Source: a virus
Taxonomy: Duplodnaviria > Caudoviricetes
DNA length: 55,005 nt
Virus record (IMG/VR): IMGVR_UViG_3300031539_000039
Coordinates: 1 to 55,005 of that record
Reading direction: 5' to 3' (one strand)
Positions 27,592 through 35,709 of the stretch are shown here, in pieces; within the stretch, counting starts at the first letter, position 1; each line of letters opens with the position of its first letter. The notes below the pieces were generated by a model. It searched no databases. It worked only from the letters and a program-made list of their open reading frames with translations, and was not told where the DNA came from. Position numbers and translations under genes: made by a program.

Positions 27592-27891
27592 CTATGTGAT
27601 AGGGACGCCTACGGGTGCCAGCCGTTTCGCACGCTCCGCCTCGGCTGCCCGGGCCTTCACTAGGAAGGCATCCCGTATCTTCTGATCCTTGGCCAGCTCG
27701 CCCTCGGGAACTGACTCCTCGTCCACAAGCTCCCACCACGCCTCCCAGCGCTGTTCAAGGGGAAGCATGACGATGTCGCCATCATCAGGGCATCCCTTCA
27801 CCCCAGGACGGGGAGCATTTTTCTTCATCTTTCCCTCGGCGTCGTAGGGACAGAACCTCATCTCATATCTCTTTTCTGCCAATGTTATCAC
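27592..27891 (-). CDS. Hypothetical protein; paralog of 27086-27580
   Basis: MRFCP...GDIVMLPLEQRWEAWWELVDE. Confidence 0.65.
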   Translation of the reverse strand: MITLAEKRYEMRFCPYDAEGKMKKNAPRPGVKGCPDDGDIVMLPLEQRWEAWWELVDEESVPEGELAKDQKIRDAFLVKARAAEAERAKRLAPVGVPIT

Positions 27892-27964
27892 TGAGATAGT
27901 GTTATGAACGTTATAAAAAAGGTTTGGAGAGAATTATCCTTTCAAAATTAGATACGCAGATTCA

Positions 27965-27982
27965 GGCTGTCTCGAGACAGCC
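27965..27982. terminator. Perfect 18-bp palindrome GGCTGTCTCGAGACAGCC downstream of the capsid gene (possible terminator or stability hairpin)
   Basis: Self-complementary; in 3' UTR of MCP, followed on the minus strand by T-rich sequence. Confidence 0.5.
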
Positions 27983-28038
27983 ATCCACTGCGGGGGATGC
28001 AAACCCCCAAGGGAGCTCTAAGTTCGGTGACCCCAGGG

Positions 28039-28920
28039 CTAGCCTGAGGTGATACCGGTGATCTCTGCGATACACCCTGCGTGCGCGATGACTGGAGCTA
28101 TGACTTCCCTGACCTTCCCGTGAGCGTTCCCATCCTTGTCGTACCACCATGTGGTCATAGGGGGTTGGCCCTCGACGTAGTACAGGTAGTCCGGGTCGGG
28201 TACGACGAGAAGTGCGTTGGTTGTGAGGCCTGCCGCTGTGTAGAGGCTTGTGGTCTCCATAAGGTCCGATAGGATACCGTTTTCCTCTAGGAAGGCTTGT
28301 CTATAAGTCGTTGCTGTGCCGGTGACGAATGTGTCGAGGTACTTGGCGATCGTGGGCCGCGCCACTAGGATGGGCTCATCATGGAAGCCCGCCGCCTCTA
28401 GTGCGGCTCTTGCGGTGTTGATGTTTGCCTGAGCGTTCGTCGGCCAGGCCCCGCCTACGACGGGGAGCCTGTTGAGTTTCGTGGCGAGTCCCTGGATGTT
28501 GTATGCGCCCCACCCAGTGTACTCGCCCGTGATCATTAGCTTGTCCTCTTCCTCTGCAACCTGCTTCGCGGCGTTCCTCGCATAGCGATCTAGAAGATTC
28601 GGCTGGTCTTCTTTTGATGCCTGGATGTCACGCCACTGGATGAAGATGTCCTTCGAGATGGCGGGAACCCGCACATCGTTGCCGTCGTACATCGTGACGT
28701 CGCCGGCCTGTGTGTTCCCACCCATCGTGATGACAGCCGCGCTCATGTCTGCCTCAGAGTAGTAGGTGTAGACCTTCTTCCCCACAGGGATGCTGCGGGG
28801 AGCGAAGAGCTTCCTACCGATCATGAGTTCGCCCATGGACTCGACTATCTTGCTCTCTACGTACTGGATCTGGAACTGGGTTAGCATCTCGTCTCTGCCT
28901 ACGTTACCTATTGATCTCAT
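28039..28920 (-). CDS. Major capsid protein, HK97 fold, encapsulin (Linocin M18)-like
   Basis: GRKLF, ISKD..I.WRDI.AS, AA..VAEEEDKL..TG; follows cement and scaffold genes. Confidence 0.85.
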   Translation of the reverse strand: MRSIGNVGRDEMLTQFQIQYVESKIVESMGELMIGRKLFAPRSIPVGKKVYTYYSEADMSAAVITMGGNTQAGDVTMYDGNDVRVPAISKDIFIQWRDIQASKEDQPNLLDRYARNAAKQVAEEEDKLMITGEYTGWGAYNIQGLATKLNRLPVVGGAWPTNAQANINTARAALEAAGFHDEPILVARPTIAKYLDTFVTGTATTYRQAFLEENGILSDLMETTSLYTAAGLTTNALLVVPDPDYLYYVEGQPPMTTWWYDKDGNAHGKVREVIAPVIAHAGCIAEITGITSG

Positions 28921-28932
28921 TTTGCATCAATC

Positions 28933-29400
28933 CTAAGGTATCTTGAGTTCGACGAGCACCCAGCCAGCAGCGGTGTATGTGACGACATCCTCAAGGCTCT
29001 GAGCGATTAGCTGGCACGGGTTGTCCGTGACACACTCATATGCCTTAACCTCGCCTGAAGCAGCAGGGCCGAGCATCTCGCCTCTGGCGATGTCCTGGAC
29101 GCCTGCCAGACGTAGCATTACGTTGATGGTGCCCTTGATCACCTTGACAACGTCTCCAGCGGCGTAGGCGCTTGCACGCTTCCCGCCTCGGAGGGCGATG
29201 TTGTCAACGCTGATGTCTGCGACCCCTATGATGGCGACAGAGTCGTTGGTGCCTGCCTTGATCGTCTTGTCCAGGGCGTCTGCGTTGTTGAACTCCACTA
29301 GGTCACCGGGATAGATTTCACTTGCCGCCTCGAACTCCTCGATGTGAGGAAGACCCCCCACGAAGATCGAGTGTGTTGAGGCTACTGGCCATACGGGCAT
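28933..29400 (-). CDS. Capsid cement/decoration protein (DUF2190-like)
   Basis: I.PGDLVE, IIGVA, YAAGD.V.V, I.RG..L..AA.G. Confidence 0.75.
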   Translation of the reverse strand: MPVWPVASTHSIFVGGLPHIEEFEAASEIYPGDLVEFNNADALDKTIKAGTNDSVAIIGVADISVDNIALRGGKRASAYAAGDVVKVIKGTINVMLRLAGVQDIARGEMLGPAASGEVKAYECVTDNPCQLIAQSLEDVVTYTAAGWVLVELKIP

Positions 29401-29402
29401 AT

Positions 29403-29798
29403 CTATTTCCCCCGGTTTCCGATGTAGAGGCTGTGCAGGTAGGTCTGGGCATTGAGCTTGTCCTTGCCGTGCTTGACGGCGATGTCAGCACCGGACTCGA
29501 AGCGCGGCTTCTTCGCCAGCGCCGAGATGGTGAGGATGGTCTCAAGCTCGTCGATGTCCTTACCTGCCAGTTCGTTCAGAGTCATGTTGGTCTCTCCCAT
29601 TGCTTGCTCAACGAGCCGAGCCTTCGTGTCGGCCTCGATGAGGTCGTTCGCCTGCTTCAGCTGCACGACCGCCGCGTCACGCTCCGCTATGAGAGCCGTG
29701 TTCAGAGATTCGAGAATCAAGACGCGTGCATTCAATGAAGCGACGTTCTTCTCAACTATTGGTGAAGTCTTGTCTCCAGTCTTATCTGTTTCTACCAT
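29403..29798 (-). CDS. Putative scaffolding protein
   Basis: Coiled coil immediately upstream of cement and MCP. Confidence 0.6.
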   Translation of the reverse strand: MVETDKTGDKTSPIVEKNVASLNARVLILESLNTALIAERDAAVVQLKQANDLIEADTKARLVEQAMGETNMTLNELAGKDIDELETILTISALAKKPRFESGADIAVKHGKDKLNAQTYLHSLYIGNRGK

Positions 29799-29956
29799 TT
29801 TCTTTTTTCCCCTTTCGGGTTTAGTATTTCGTAGTCCGCGCCATTCGCGGAACGGCTTTCCTTTTAGTCAGGCGCCGACAGCCTGAAGGGATTCAAACCA
29901 AGAGGTCTGGGCCCACGCCACTGTGTTAATTCTATATAGAAGTTACTTATTAGGGT

Positions 29957-30418
29957 TTATCTGATAAGTGGTCTGTACCGTGCCTTATGATCATTTAGTA
30001 GAAGCTGGGAGCGCTCCACCTCGTCCCCAATGTCCCCAAGGGGTGCGTACTCCTCCCTCTCACGGCAGGTCTTCTCCGCCTCCTCCTTCGTCCTACCCTT
30101 AGACCGCTCCTTCTTCACGCATCGTTTGAAATCGTCATCCAGCAGCTTCGCCAGAAAAGCAGAGACCAGAACGAACTGAGCAGGCTCCGGAAGGGACTCC
30201 CACACCTTCTCGGCGATGTTGAAGTAGTCCTTCATCCTCTTGTCGTCGATATAATGAGGTACAAACCAGCACCGACAATTAGGATGGACGTTCGGGCGGC
30301 CATACGTGGCGTAGGGGAAGGTCTCCGTGATCTGTTCTTCGGTGGTGAATATCCGGTTATGGTGGGTTAGACAGATGGGGCAGACTTTGAGGTCATTCTT
30401 TGTCTTGTAGAGCCAGAT
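29957..30418 (-). CDS. MuF/SPP1 gp7-like minor head protein
   Basis: Extends in frame upstream of the ORF-track ATG: IWLYKTKNDLKVCPIC...PNVHPNCRCW; only start available is ATC 30418 behind AGGTGA. Confidence 0.75.
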   Translation of the reverse strand: MWLYKTKNDLKVCPICLTHHNRIFTTEEQITETFPYATYGRPNVHPNCRCWFVPHYIDDKRMKDYFNIAEKVWESLPEPAQFVLVSAFLAKLLDDDFKRCVKKERSKGRTKEEAEKTCREREEYAPLGDIGDEVERSQLLLNDHKARYRPLIR

Positions 30419-30457
30419 GTCCGGTCACCTTCCCTTCGAGGATGACTATGTGAGGAG

Positions 30458-31798
30458 TTAATTCCTTTTGATGGGGTCACGCTTGAGGCGGGGATCCTTC
30501 AGCAGACGTTTGGAGCGTTCCACCTCGTCCTCGCCGCCTTCGCCGTCCTCGGGGATAACCCGTTCCTTGATCACTTCAGCTAGGGCTAATTTGTATGCCT
30601 CGAGTTCAGCGTATAGAACCTCGGCTTCCACGTTCTCCGGTCTCTCAGCGTAGAGTTCATCGATCTTCTTCTGGAGTTCTGCGATCTTGGCTATGAGCTC
30701 CTCCTCAGTCATGGCATCCTCACCTGCACCGCCCTCGCTTCGTTCAGGCAGAGCGGCTTTCAAGGCAGTCTTGGCCTTCGCCGACAGGGTTTCCCATACC
30801 TCTGCAGTGATGTCGAAGTGGGCACAAGCTCTCTCATCTTCGGTTCGGGCTCCCTGATCTGCCGCCTTCTGTAGCTTATCGATCTCGATTAGCCGAGCGA
30901 GGAAGATGTCGCCTGTGCTCTCCTTATGCTCGTCCACCCACGCCTGGGCCTTCGCCATCGTCCAGCCCTTAGCCTTCGAGAAAATGTAGCTGCGAACCTT
31001 CTTATCTTCGCCCCCGCCACAGTAAGTGGCCTGGATGCCCTGTTCCTCTGAGATCTGGATGGTTGCCGTGACCTCGCAGTCCCCAGCCCCGGGGTTGTCG
31101 ATTCGGATGTTCTCCTCTGTCTCCTCTGGGTCATGTCCAACGTGTGACATGTTCTTCACTTCTATTTGTTCACCCTTCTCATTTAAGGACTTCTCTAGGT
31201 TGTAGTATTGGTCGGCTCCGATGCCGCATGCAGGGTAGCTGCAGCGTCCCTTCCTGATGCCGAAGGCGGTGTGATCGTGAAACATGTTGACTTGGCGGAA
31301 GTCATAGTCCGAGCCATTCCAGTTACCTGAGGTCATCTCCTTGCCATAGAGGAAGCCGATGCTGACATCTGATAAGCTGCCATCCAGCATCCCCTTGAGA
31401 ATGTTCGGTGGAACGCGGTTGTTGAATACCTCAAGGTCTACGAGGATGCCTCGGATGTTAGGGCGTTCAGTCTTCCCATGATCCACCAGGTTCTTTATGA
31501 AGCGGGTGTTGACTGTTCTCCCTGAGATGTCGTCTGGGGATACAATGACGGGGGTTGCGGGGTGGTGTCCTGCGATAGCCCAGCGTCCTTCGACCCAGGG
31601 CCAGTAGCGTTCAAGCTCGTCAGCCGACTTGTAGGCCATCAGAGTCTTGCCGTCTATATCGTAGGGTTGAACGATCTCGCGGGCGATCACGACGTCGTGG
31701 AACACCGTCACTGGACCGTAGATTGGGTCTGTTCGTTTAGATACGTTGGCGGCGTCGACGCCGCTCCAGTAATGGTCGAATATCATTTTAGACAACAT
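30458..31798 (-). CDS. Prohead protease (DUF2213-like) fused to scaffold-like domains
   Basis: V.AREIVQPY, KSADEL, HHP, DVSIGF, Q.N...DHTA...GRC...CGIG.D; C-terminal coiled coil. Confidence 0.8.
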   Translation of the reverse strand: MLSKMIFDHYWSGVDAANVSKRTDPIYGPVTVFHDVVIAREIVQPYDIDGKTLMAYKSADELERYWPWVEGRWAIAGHHPATPVIVSPDDISGRTVNTRFIKNLVDHGKTERPNIRGILVDLEVFNNRVPPNILKGMLDGSLSDVSIGFLYGKEMTSGNWNGSDYDFRQVNMFHDHTAFGIRKGRCSYPACGIGADQYYNLEKSLNEKGEQIEVKNMSHVGHDPEETEENIRIDNPGAGDCEVTATIQISEEQGIQATYCGGGEDKKVRSYIFSKAKGWTMAKAQAWVDEHKESTGDIFLARLIEIDKLQKAADQGARTEDERACAHFDITAEVWETLSAKAKTALKAALPERSEGGAGEDAMTEEELIAKIAELQKKIDELYAERPENVEAEVLYAELEAYKLALAEVIKERVIPEDGEGGEDEVERSKRLLKDPRLKRDPIKRN

Positions 31799-31985
31799 GA
31801 ATCACCGCGAGGTAATATTGGACAAGAATGAGAATAGCTCCCATCACCGCAGAGGCGAGGTAGACACTCCAGCGGATGCTCTTCTCCATGTTCCCGATCT
31901 TCGTCTCGATGTGTCTCCTATATTCGGCGCAGAGGTCGGGCGTCACAGAACCGGGGTTGCCGTGACCGTCGCCATCTTCAGCCAT
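31788..31985 (-). CDS. Small membrane protein
   Basis: C-terminal hydrophobic helix SVYLASAVMGAILILVQYYL. Confidence 0.65.
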   Translation of the reverse strand: MAEDGDGHGNPGSVTPDLCAEYRRHIETKIGNMEKSIRWSVYLASAVMGAILILVQYYLAVIHVV

Positions 31986-31987
31986 GA

Positions 31988-33367
31988 CTATTCCTCCTCG
32001 GGGAGAGAATTAAGTACTTCTCTCATTTTCAGTCTTTCTATGCCTAAAACCATGTCGCCGCCTTCAGTTAGAGGCTTCATCCCTGCCTTCTCACGTACTT
32101 CGTCTAATGTGAGGTACTCTGTATCGTTTTTCAGTGCCATGCTTTTCTGCAGATGCACGCGGGCTTCGTCCAGCTCGTTCAGCTCGAAGGCGCTGCCCCA
32201 CTCTAGTGCGAAGGCTTTGTTCTCGTAGTCGAACTCTACCTGCCCGGTCTCCATTAGCCGCCGAACCAGCTCGATTGGTACGGACTCGACGTCGCTCTGC
32301 TCGTTGCTGATCAGCTTGGCGTACTCTCGGAGGTTTACCTCGCTGCCCGTCACGGCGCCCGCTGACACGCCTTTCAGGAGGTCCTGGGAGATGCGGCTGC
32401 CTGTGGCCATGCTCCCGTAGGCTAGGTCGACGTATTCCTTCGGGGCCACCGTGGCGCCCTCGAGACCCACGAACTTGACTGTCGCCTTCTCGTTTGACAG
32501 GAACACGCCGCGCACGAAGAAGTCCGTAAGGCCGCCGCCAGCCTCCCAGACATCGAGGTCATTCTGTGTTGCTCCCTCGAAGCTGAAGTGGGGGTATCCC
32601 ATACCGTAGCGCCATAGCATCTGGTAGAGGGCCCAGCGTATGTTTCGCCAGCCCGTGGCGTCATCCCACACAGGGTCCATCGTGCTTAATCCCTCGTAGG
32701 GGTGCTCGTCTAGGCGGGGGGCGTCATGGATGACGCGGGTCCAGTGAACTTTCAGGGCGGTGGCTTCTGAGCCCCGTGTAATGTCGTAAAACTCGGGTAG
32801 ACCGTAACGGAGATCCGAAGCGTCTTTTATCTCTTGGGTGACCTTGACCTTGTTCCAGGGGTAGGGTGTGATCTGGAGCAACTCAACGCCGTCGGGGAGG
32901 TTTCCCTCCTCATTGTATAGTGGCGCCGCCCAGTCGACCTTATCCTCTGTGGTCGAGTATGCGAGCAGCAGAATGGATGTGCCCCATCGCCTCTCGAAGG
33001 CGGTTAGCCTTGTCAGGTTCTTCTTAGCTTTCAGCTCAAGCAAGGCTTTCTGGACTGCGTCGTCCAGCGTATCATCATCCTCTTTTCCAACCTCTACCAC
33101 CTTGAAGCCGTTGTCGAAGATGTCTGAGGCGACGTAGCTGACAAGCCATTTCAGGACAGGCTCACGCTGGCTCGCGAACACGCGCTCGCTATCAGGTATC
33201 TTGCCGCCGAAGGTGCGGGTGCTTCCGTAGAGTTCGCTGCTGCTAAAGTGTCTGCCGGGGGTCATGATGTCGGCGGCTGGGGTTCGCCCTGCAACGATGG
33301 CGGTTTCCGACGCCTCCACTTCAGCGTCGTCCTCAACGGGGGATTCTTTAGAATCCATTAGTATCAA
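31988..33367 (-). CDS. Portal protein (DUF1073-like)
   Basis: R.WG.S, YGLPE.Y.I, VHWTR.IH, G.S, IS...L.G..AGA.TGSE..LREY, T.DEVRE..G..PL; follows terminase. Confidence 0.85.
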   Translation of the reverse strand: MILMDSKESPVEDDAEVEASETAIVAGRTPAADIMTPGRHFSSSELYGSTRTFGGKIPDSERVFASQREPVLKWLVSYVASDIFDNGFKVVEVGKEDDDTLDDAVQKALLELKAKKNLTRLTAFERRWGTSILLLAYSTTEDKVDWAAPLYNEEGNLPDGVELLQITPYPWNKVKVTQEIKDASDLRYGLPEFYDITRGSEATALKVHWTRVIHDAPRLDEHPYEGLSTMDPVWDDATGWRNIRWALYQMLWRYGMGYPHFSFEGATQNDLDVWEAGGGLTDFFVRGVFLSNEKATVKFVGLEGATVAPKEYVDLAYGSMATGSRISQDLLKGVSAGAVTGSEVNLREYAKLISNEQSDVESVPIELVRRLMETGQVEFDYENKAFALEWGSAFELNELDEARVHLQKSMALKNDTEYLTLDEVREKAGMKPLTEGGDMVLGIERLKMREVLNSLPEEE

Positions 33368-33466
33368 GAATTAGAGTAGGCTATACAATATATAAGATTC
33401 TTCGGGTTCACCCACCCCTTTTTACATATCGGGGGTATTTACCACCTTTATTAATTATTATCGGTT

Positions 33467-33484
33467 GTAATTACGCCCTTTATT
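33467..33484. promoter_or_regulatory. 18-bp motif GTAATTACGCCCTTTATT (copy 1), upstream of portal operon
   Basis: Identical to 51471-51488. Confidence 0.6.
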
Positions 33485-33497
33485 TTTAACTGTACAG

Positions 33498-33680
33498 TTA
33501 TCTGTATTCTTCGAGGACGTGCTGGTACGCCTGCTCCTCCTTGGCGAGCTTGAGCATCAGGATGGCGATCCTTGCGTTTAGCTCTGCCTGTTGAGCCAGA
33601 ATCCTCTCCTGCTTGCAGTCACGCTTCTGGTGGGCGAACCACCAGAGGACGAGGAAAAAGAGACAGATCAGATCGAATAT
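33498..33680 (-). CDS. Small membrane-anchored coiled-coil protein (ATA start)
   Basis: IFDLICLFFLVLWWFAHQKR...EEYR*; GGAGGGG RBS; not in ORF track. Confidence 0.55.
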   Translation of the reverse strand: MFDLICLFFLVLWWFAHQKRDCKQERILAQQAELNARIAILMLKLAKEEQAYQHVLEEYR

Positions 33681-33853
33681 GTCAACCCCTCCGTATGCGC
33701 GCGTGCTTCAGTCCTCTTCGCCAGCTTCGCCGCCCTGTGCTCCCTACGCCTCTGAGCTTTTGACAGGTCGACCCGGTCGAAGTCGGCTTGGGTCCTGATT
33801 GAGTATCCGTCTATGGTGATGTCGTATTTTCGTTTTATGGTTGTCTCGGTCAC
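33668..33853 (-). CDS. Hypothetical protein
   Basis: GGAGGAG RBS after terminase. Confidence 0.55.
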   Translation of the reverse strand: MTETTIKRKYDITIDGYSIRTQADFDRVDLSKAQRRREHRAAKLAKRTEARAHTEGLTYSI

Positions 33854-33868
33854 TTCTCTGTCTCCTCC

Positions 33869-35311
33869 CTAGCGAGGCCTCCGTGGGCTTTTGGCGACGA
33901 TTCCGCCGCGTCTCTCGAGGTGAGCCCAGACACACATGCTGAGGCTGTCGATGGCGTCGTCGTGGCTCATGTGGCCTGTGGGGGCTTGCACATGCAGCTT
34001 GTTCCCCACGTATTTCCGCTCCGCCCGGAGCATCTGGCTCAAGAACAGTTGTTTGGCTTGACTGTCAGTTAAGGGGTAGCGTATGCGGCTGTTCCCGATC
34101 TCCCGCTCCAAGAGCTTGAACATAATGTCCTGCTGGACTCCGCCCTCTGTGATGCGCTCCAGCTTTACTCGGGGGAAGCGGTTCACGAATATGTCGGCTG
34201 GGCCTTGGCCGAGTCCGATGACGCCTATGGCGAGGGTCGATACGCCTCTTTGCATAAGCCAGGGTCCGAGCTCTAATGCCTGGCTCTCGAGGTTCATGCC
34301 TTGACGATACCACCAGTCGATGATGTGGATGGGGTTCTCGCCTTCGATGACGGTGACCCAGCTGTAGTCGTTGCCACGCGCGGGATCCCACGCTGCTGTG
34401 CGGCGGAGGGGCGGGTTCTCCCTCATCAGGCCGGTGGCGGGTATGTAGTCCTCCTGCAAGCCAAGGAAGAACTCCCGGTCCATGATGAACTTGTTTGAAA
34501 CCATCTCCCACTTGAGTTCGTACTGGGCTGCGAACTCGGGGCTGTTGGGACCATAGTTTATACGCTCCGTTTCGATGAAATCGGCGTAGGTCTCATTGTA
34601 TTTGGCGGCTTCGTAGCAGTCTACCACGAACACGTCGGGGCCTCCCCGGATGCATTTGTCGAAGAAGTAGTCGTTCACGATCGAGGTCGTCGACGTCCCG
34701 TTTAGAACCCTGATCCCTCCCGTGGCGGCCGTCATGGGGAAGATGTCGTCCTTCAGCTTTGACTCGTCTGCATCCTCGGCCTGCTCGATAATTACTAGGT
34801 CTAGGGTCTCGCCTTTGATGTTTGATGTGCGGTCACTGGACATACACCTTATGCGGGATTCCATTTTGTCTCGTAGACTTGCGACATAAAACAGGCTGGT
34901 TGTCCTGCCGCTGCCGAGGTAGCTCGTCACGTTCAACCGGCGGAATAAAGGATCAAGCTCGCCGAAGCGCTCCTTAACACGGCTGCGGAACACAGCCACT
35001 GCTTGGCTCTGGGCAGGCGCGAATACACCCACATTGTATCGACGCTTCAAGACCGTTGTGAAGTAGACGCAGAGGGCGAGCACCGTTATCGTGGTAGCCT
35101 CCGTCTTGCCCGACTGCCGAGCCATCAGGCTGAGGAGCTCGTCGCCGTTCATCAGCAGCTGGGCTTCAATTATGCGGTCACTGAAAGGTATCTGGTAAGG
35201 GTAGAGTGGGCGGCCAACGGCGTGGGCGAGCATGTCCCTCAGCTTCTTGCAGCGGCGCACGTGTAGAGGGATGTCCGTAAGGCGGAGGCTGGGGCGTGTC
35301 AGGGTGCTCAA
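33869..35311 (-). CDS. terL: Terminase large subunit
   Basis: YPYQ, Walker A MARQSGKT, Walker B-like LVIIEQAED, nuclease AWDPA..ND and HDDAIDS. Confidence 0.9.
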   Translation of the reverse strand: MSTLTRPSLRLTDIPLHVRRCKKLRDMLAHAVGRPLYPYQIPFSDRIIEAQLLMNGDELLSLMARQSGKTEATTITVLALCVYFTTVLKRRYNVGVFAPAQSQAVAVFRSRVKERFGELDPLFRRLNVTSYLGSGRTTSLFYVASLRDKMESRIRCMSSDRTSNIKGETLDLVIIEQAEDADESKLKDDIFPMTAATGGIRVLNGTSTTSIVNDYFFDKCIRGGPDVFVVDCYEAAKYNETYADFIETERINYGPNSPEFAAQYELKWEMVSNKFIMDREFFLGLQEDYIPATGLMRENPPLRRTAAWDPARGNDYSWVTVIEGENPIHIIDWWYRQGMNLESQALELGPWLMQRGVSTLAIGVIGLGQGPADIFVNRFPRVKLERITEGGVQQDIMFKLLEREIGNSRIRYPLTDSQAKQLFLSQMLRAERKYVGNKLHVQAPTGHMSHDDAIDSLSMCVWAHLERRGGIVAKSPRRPR

Positions 35312-35679
35312 CGGTTATCCTTCAATATTTCATCCTGTTTGAGCATCCTGTCCAGGAGGCTCTCCACATCATAGGTGCGTACCTCGCCCTCTACCTTCTG
35401 CTCGATCTTGCTGGGCAGCAGCTTGTCAAGCAGCTTACCACGATACTTCAGCCTGAGCCCTATGTCGGCTATGGTGATGTCGGTGAGCTGCTTGCGGAGA
35501 ATCTCCTCTAGGTAATCTTTGGCCTCGGTGCTGTTCAGGTCGTTCCAGACGGTGCGCTCGCTGGCCTTGAAGCCCTCCTCCTTCATCATGTCGCTGATGT
35601 CGGGGATGGTCATGCCAGAGGTTGAGAGTTCGAGGACACGTCTCAGTCGTCGCGCGCGGTTTGCTTTAGATCCTGTCAT
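35308..35679 (-). CDS. Putative terminase small subunit (HTH)
   Basis: V.EL...GMT...I......G..ASERTVWNDL; directly upstream of terL. Confidence 0.7.
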   Translation of the reverse strand: MTGSKANRARRLRRVLELSTSGMTIPDISDMMKEEGFKASERTVWNDLNSTEAKDYLEEILRKQLTDITIADIGLRLKYRGKLLDKLLPSKIEQKVEGEVRTYDVESLLDRMLKQDEILKDNR

Positions 35680-35709
35680 TTTTATTCATATCTCGCAACT
35701 TCTCGCAAC

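Noticed and set aside
29880-29930. tRNA-like T-arm (GGTTTGAATCCC on the minus strand)
   Set aside because: I could not build acceptor, D or anticodon stems, and the TTC is mismatched. No tRNA called.
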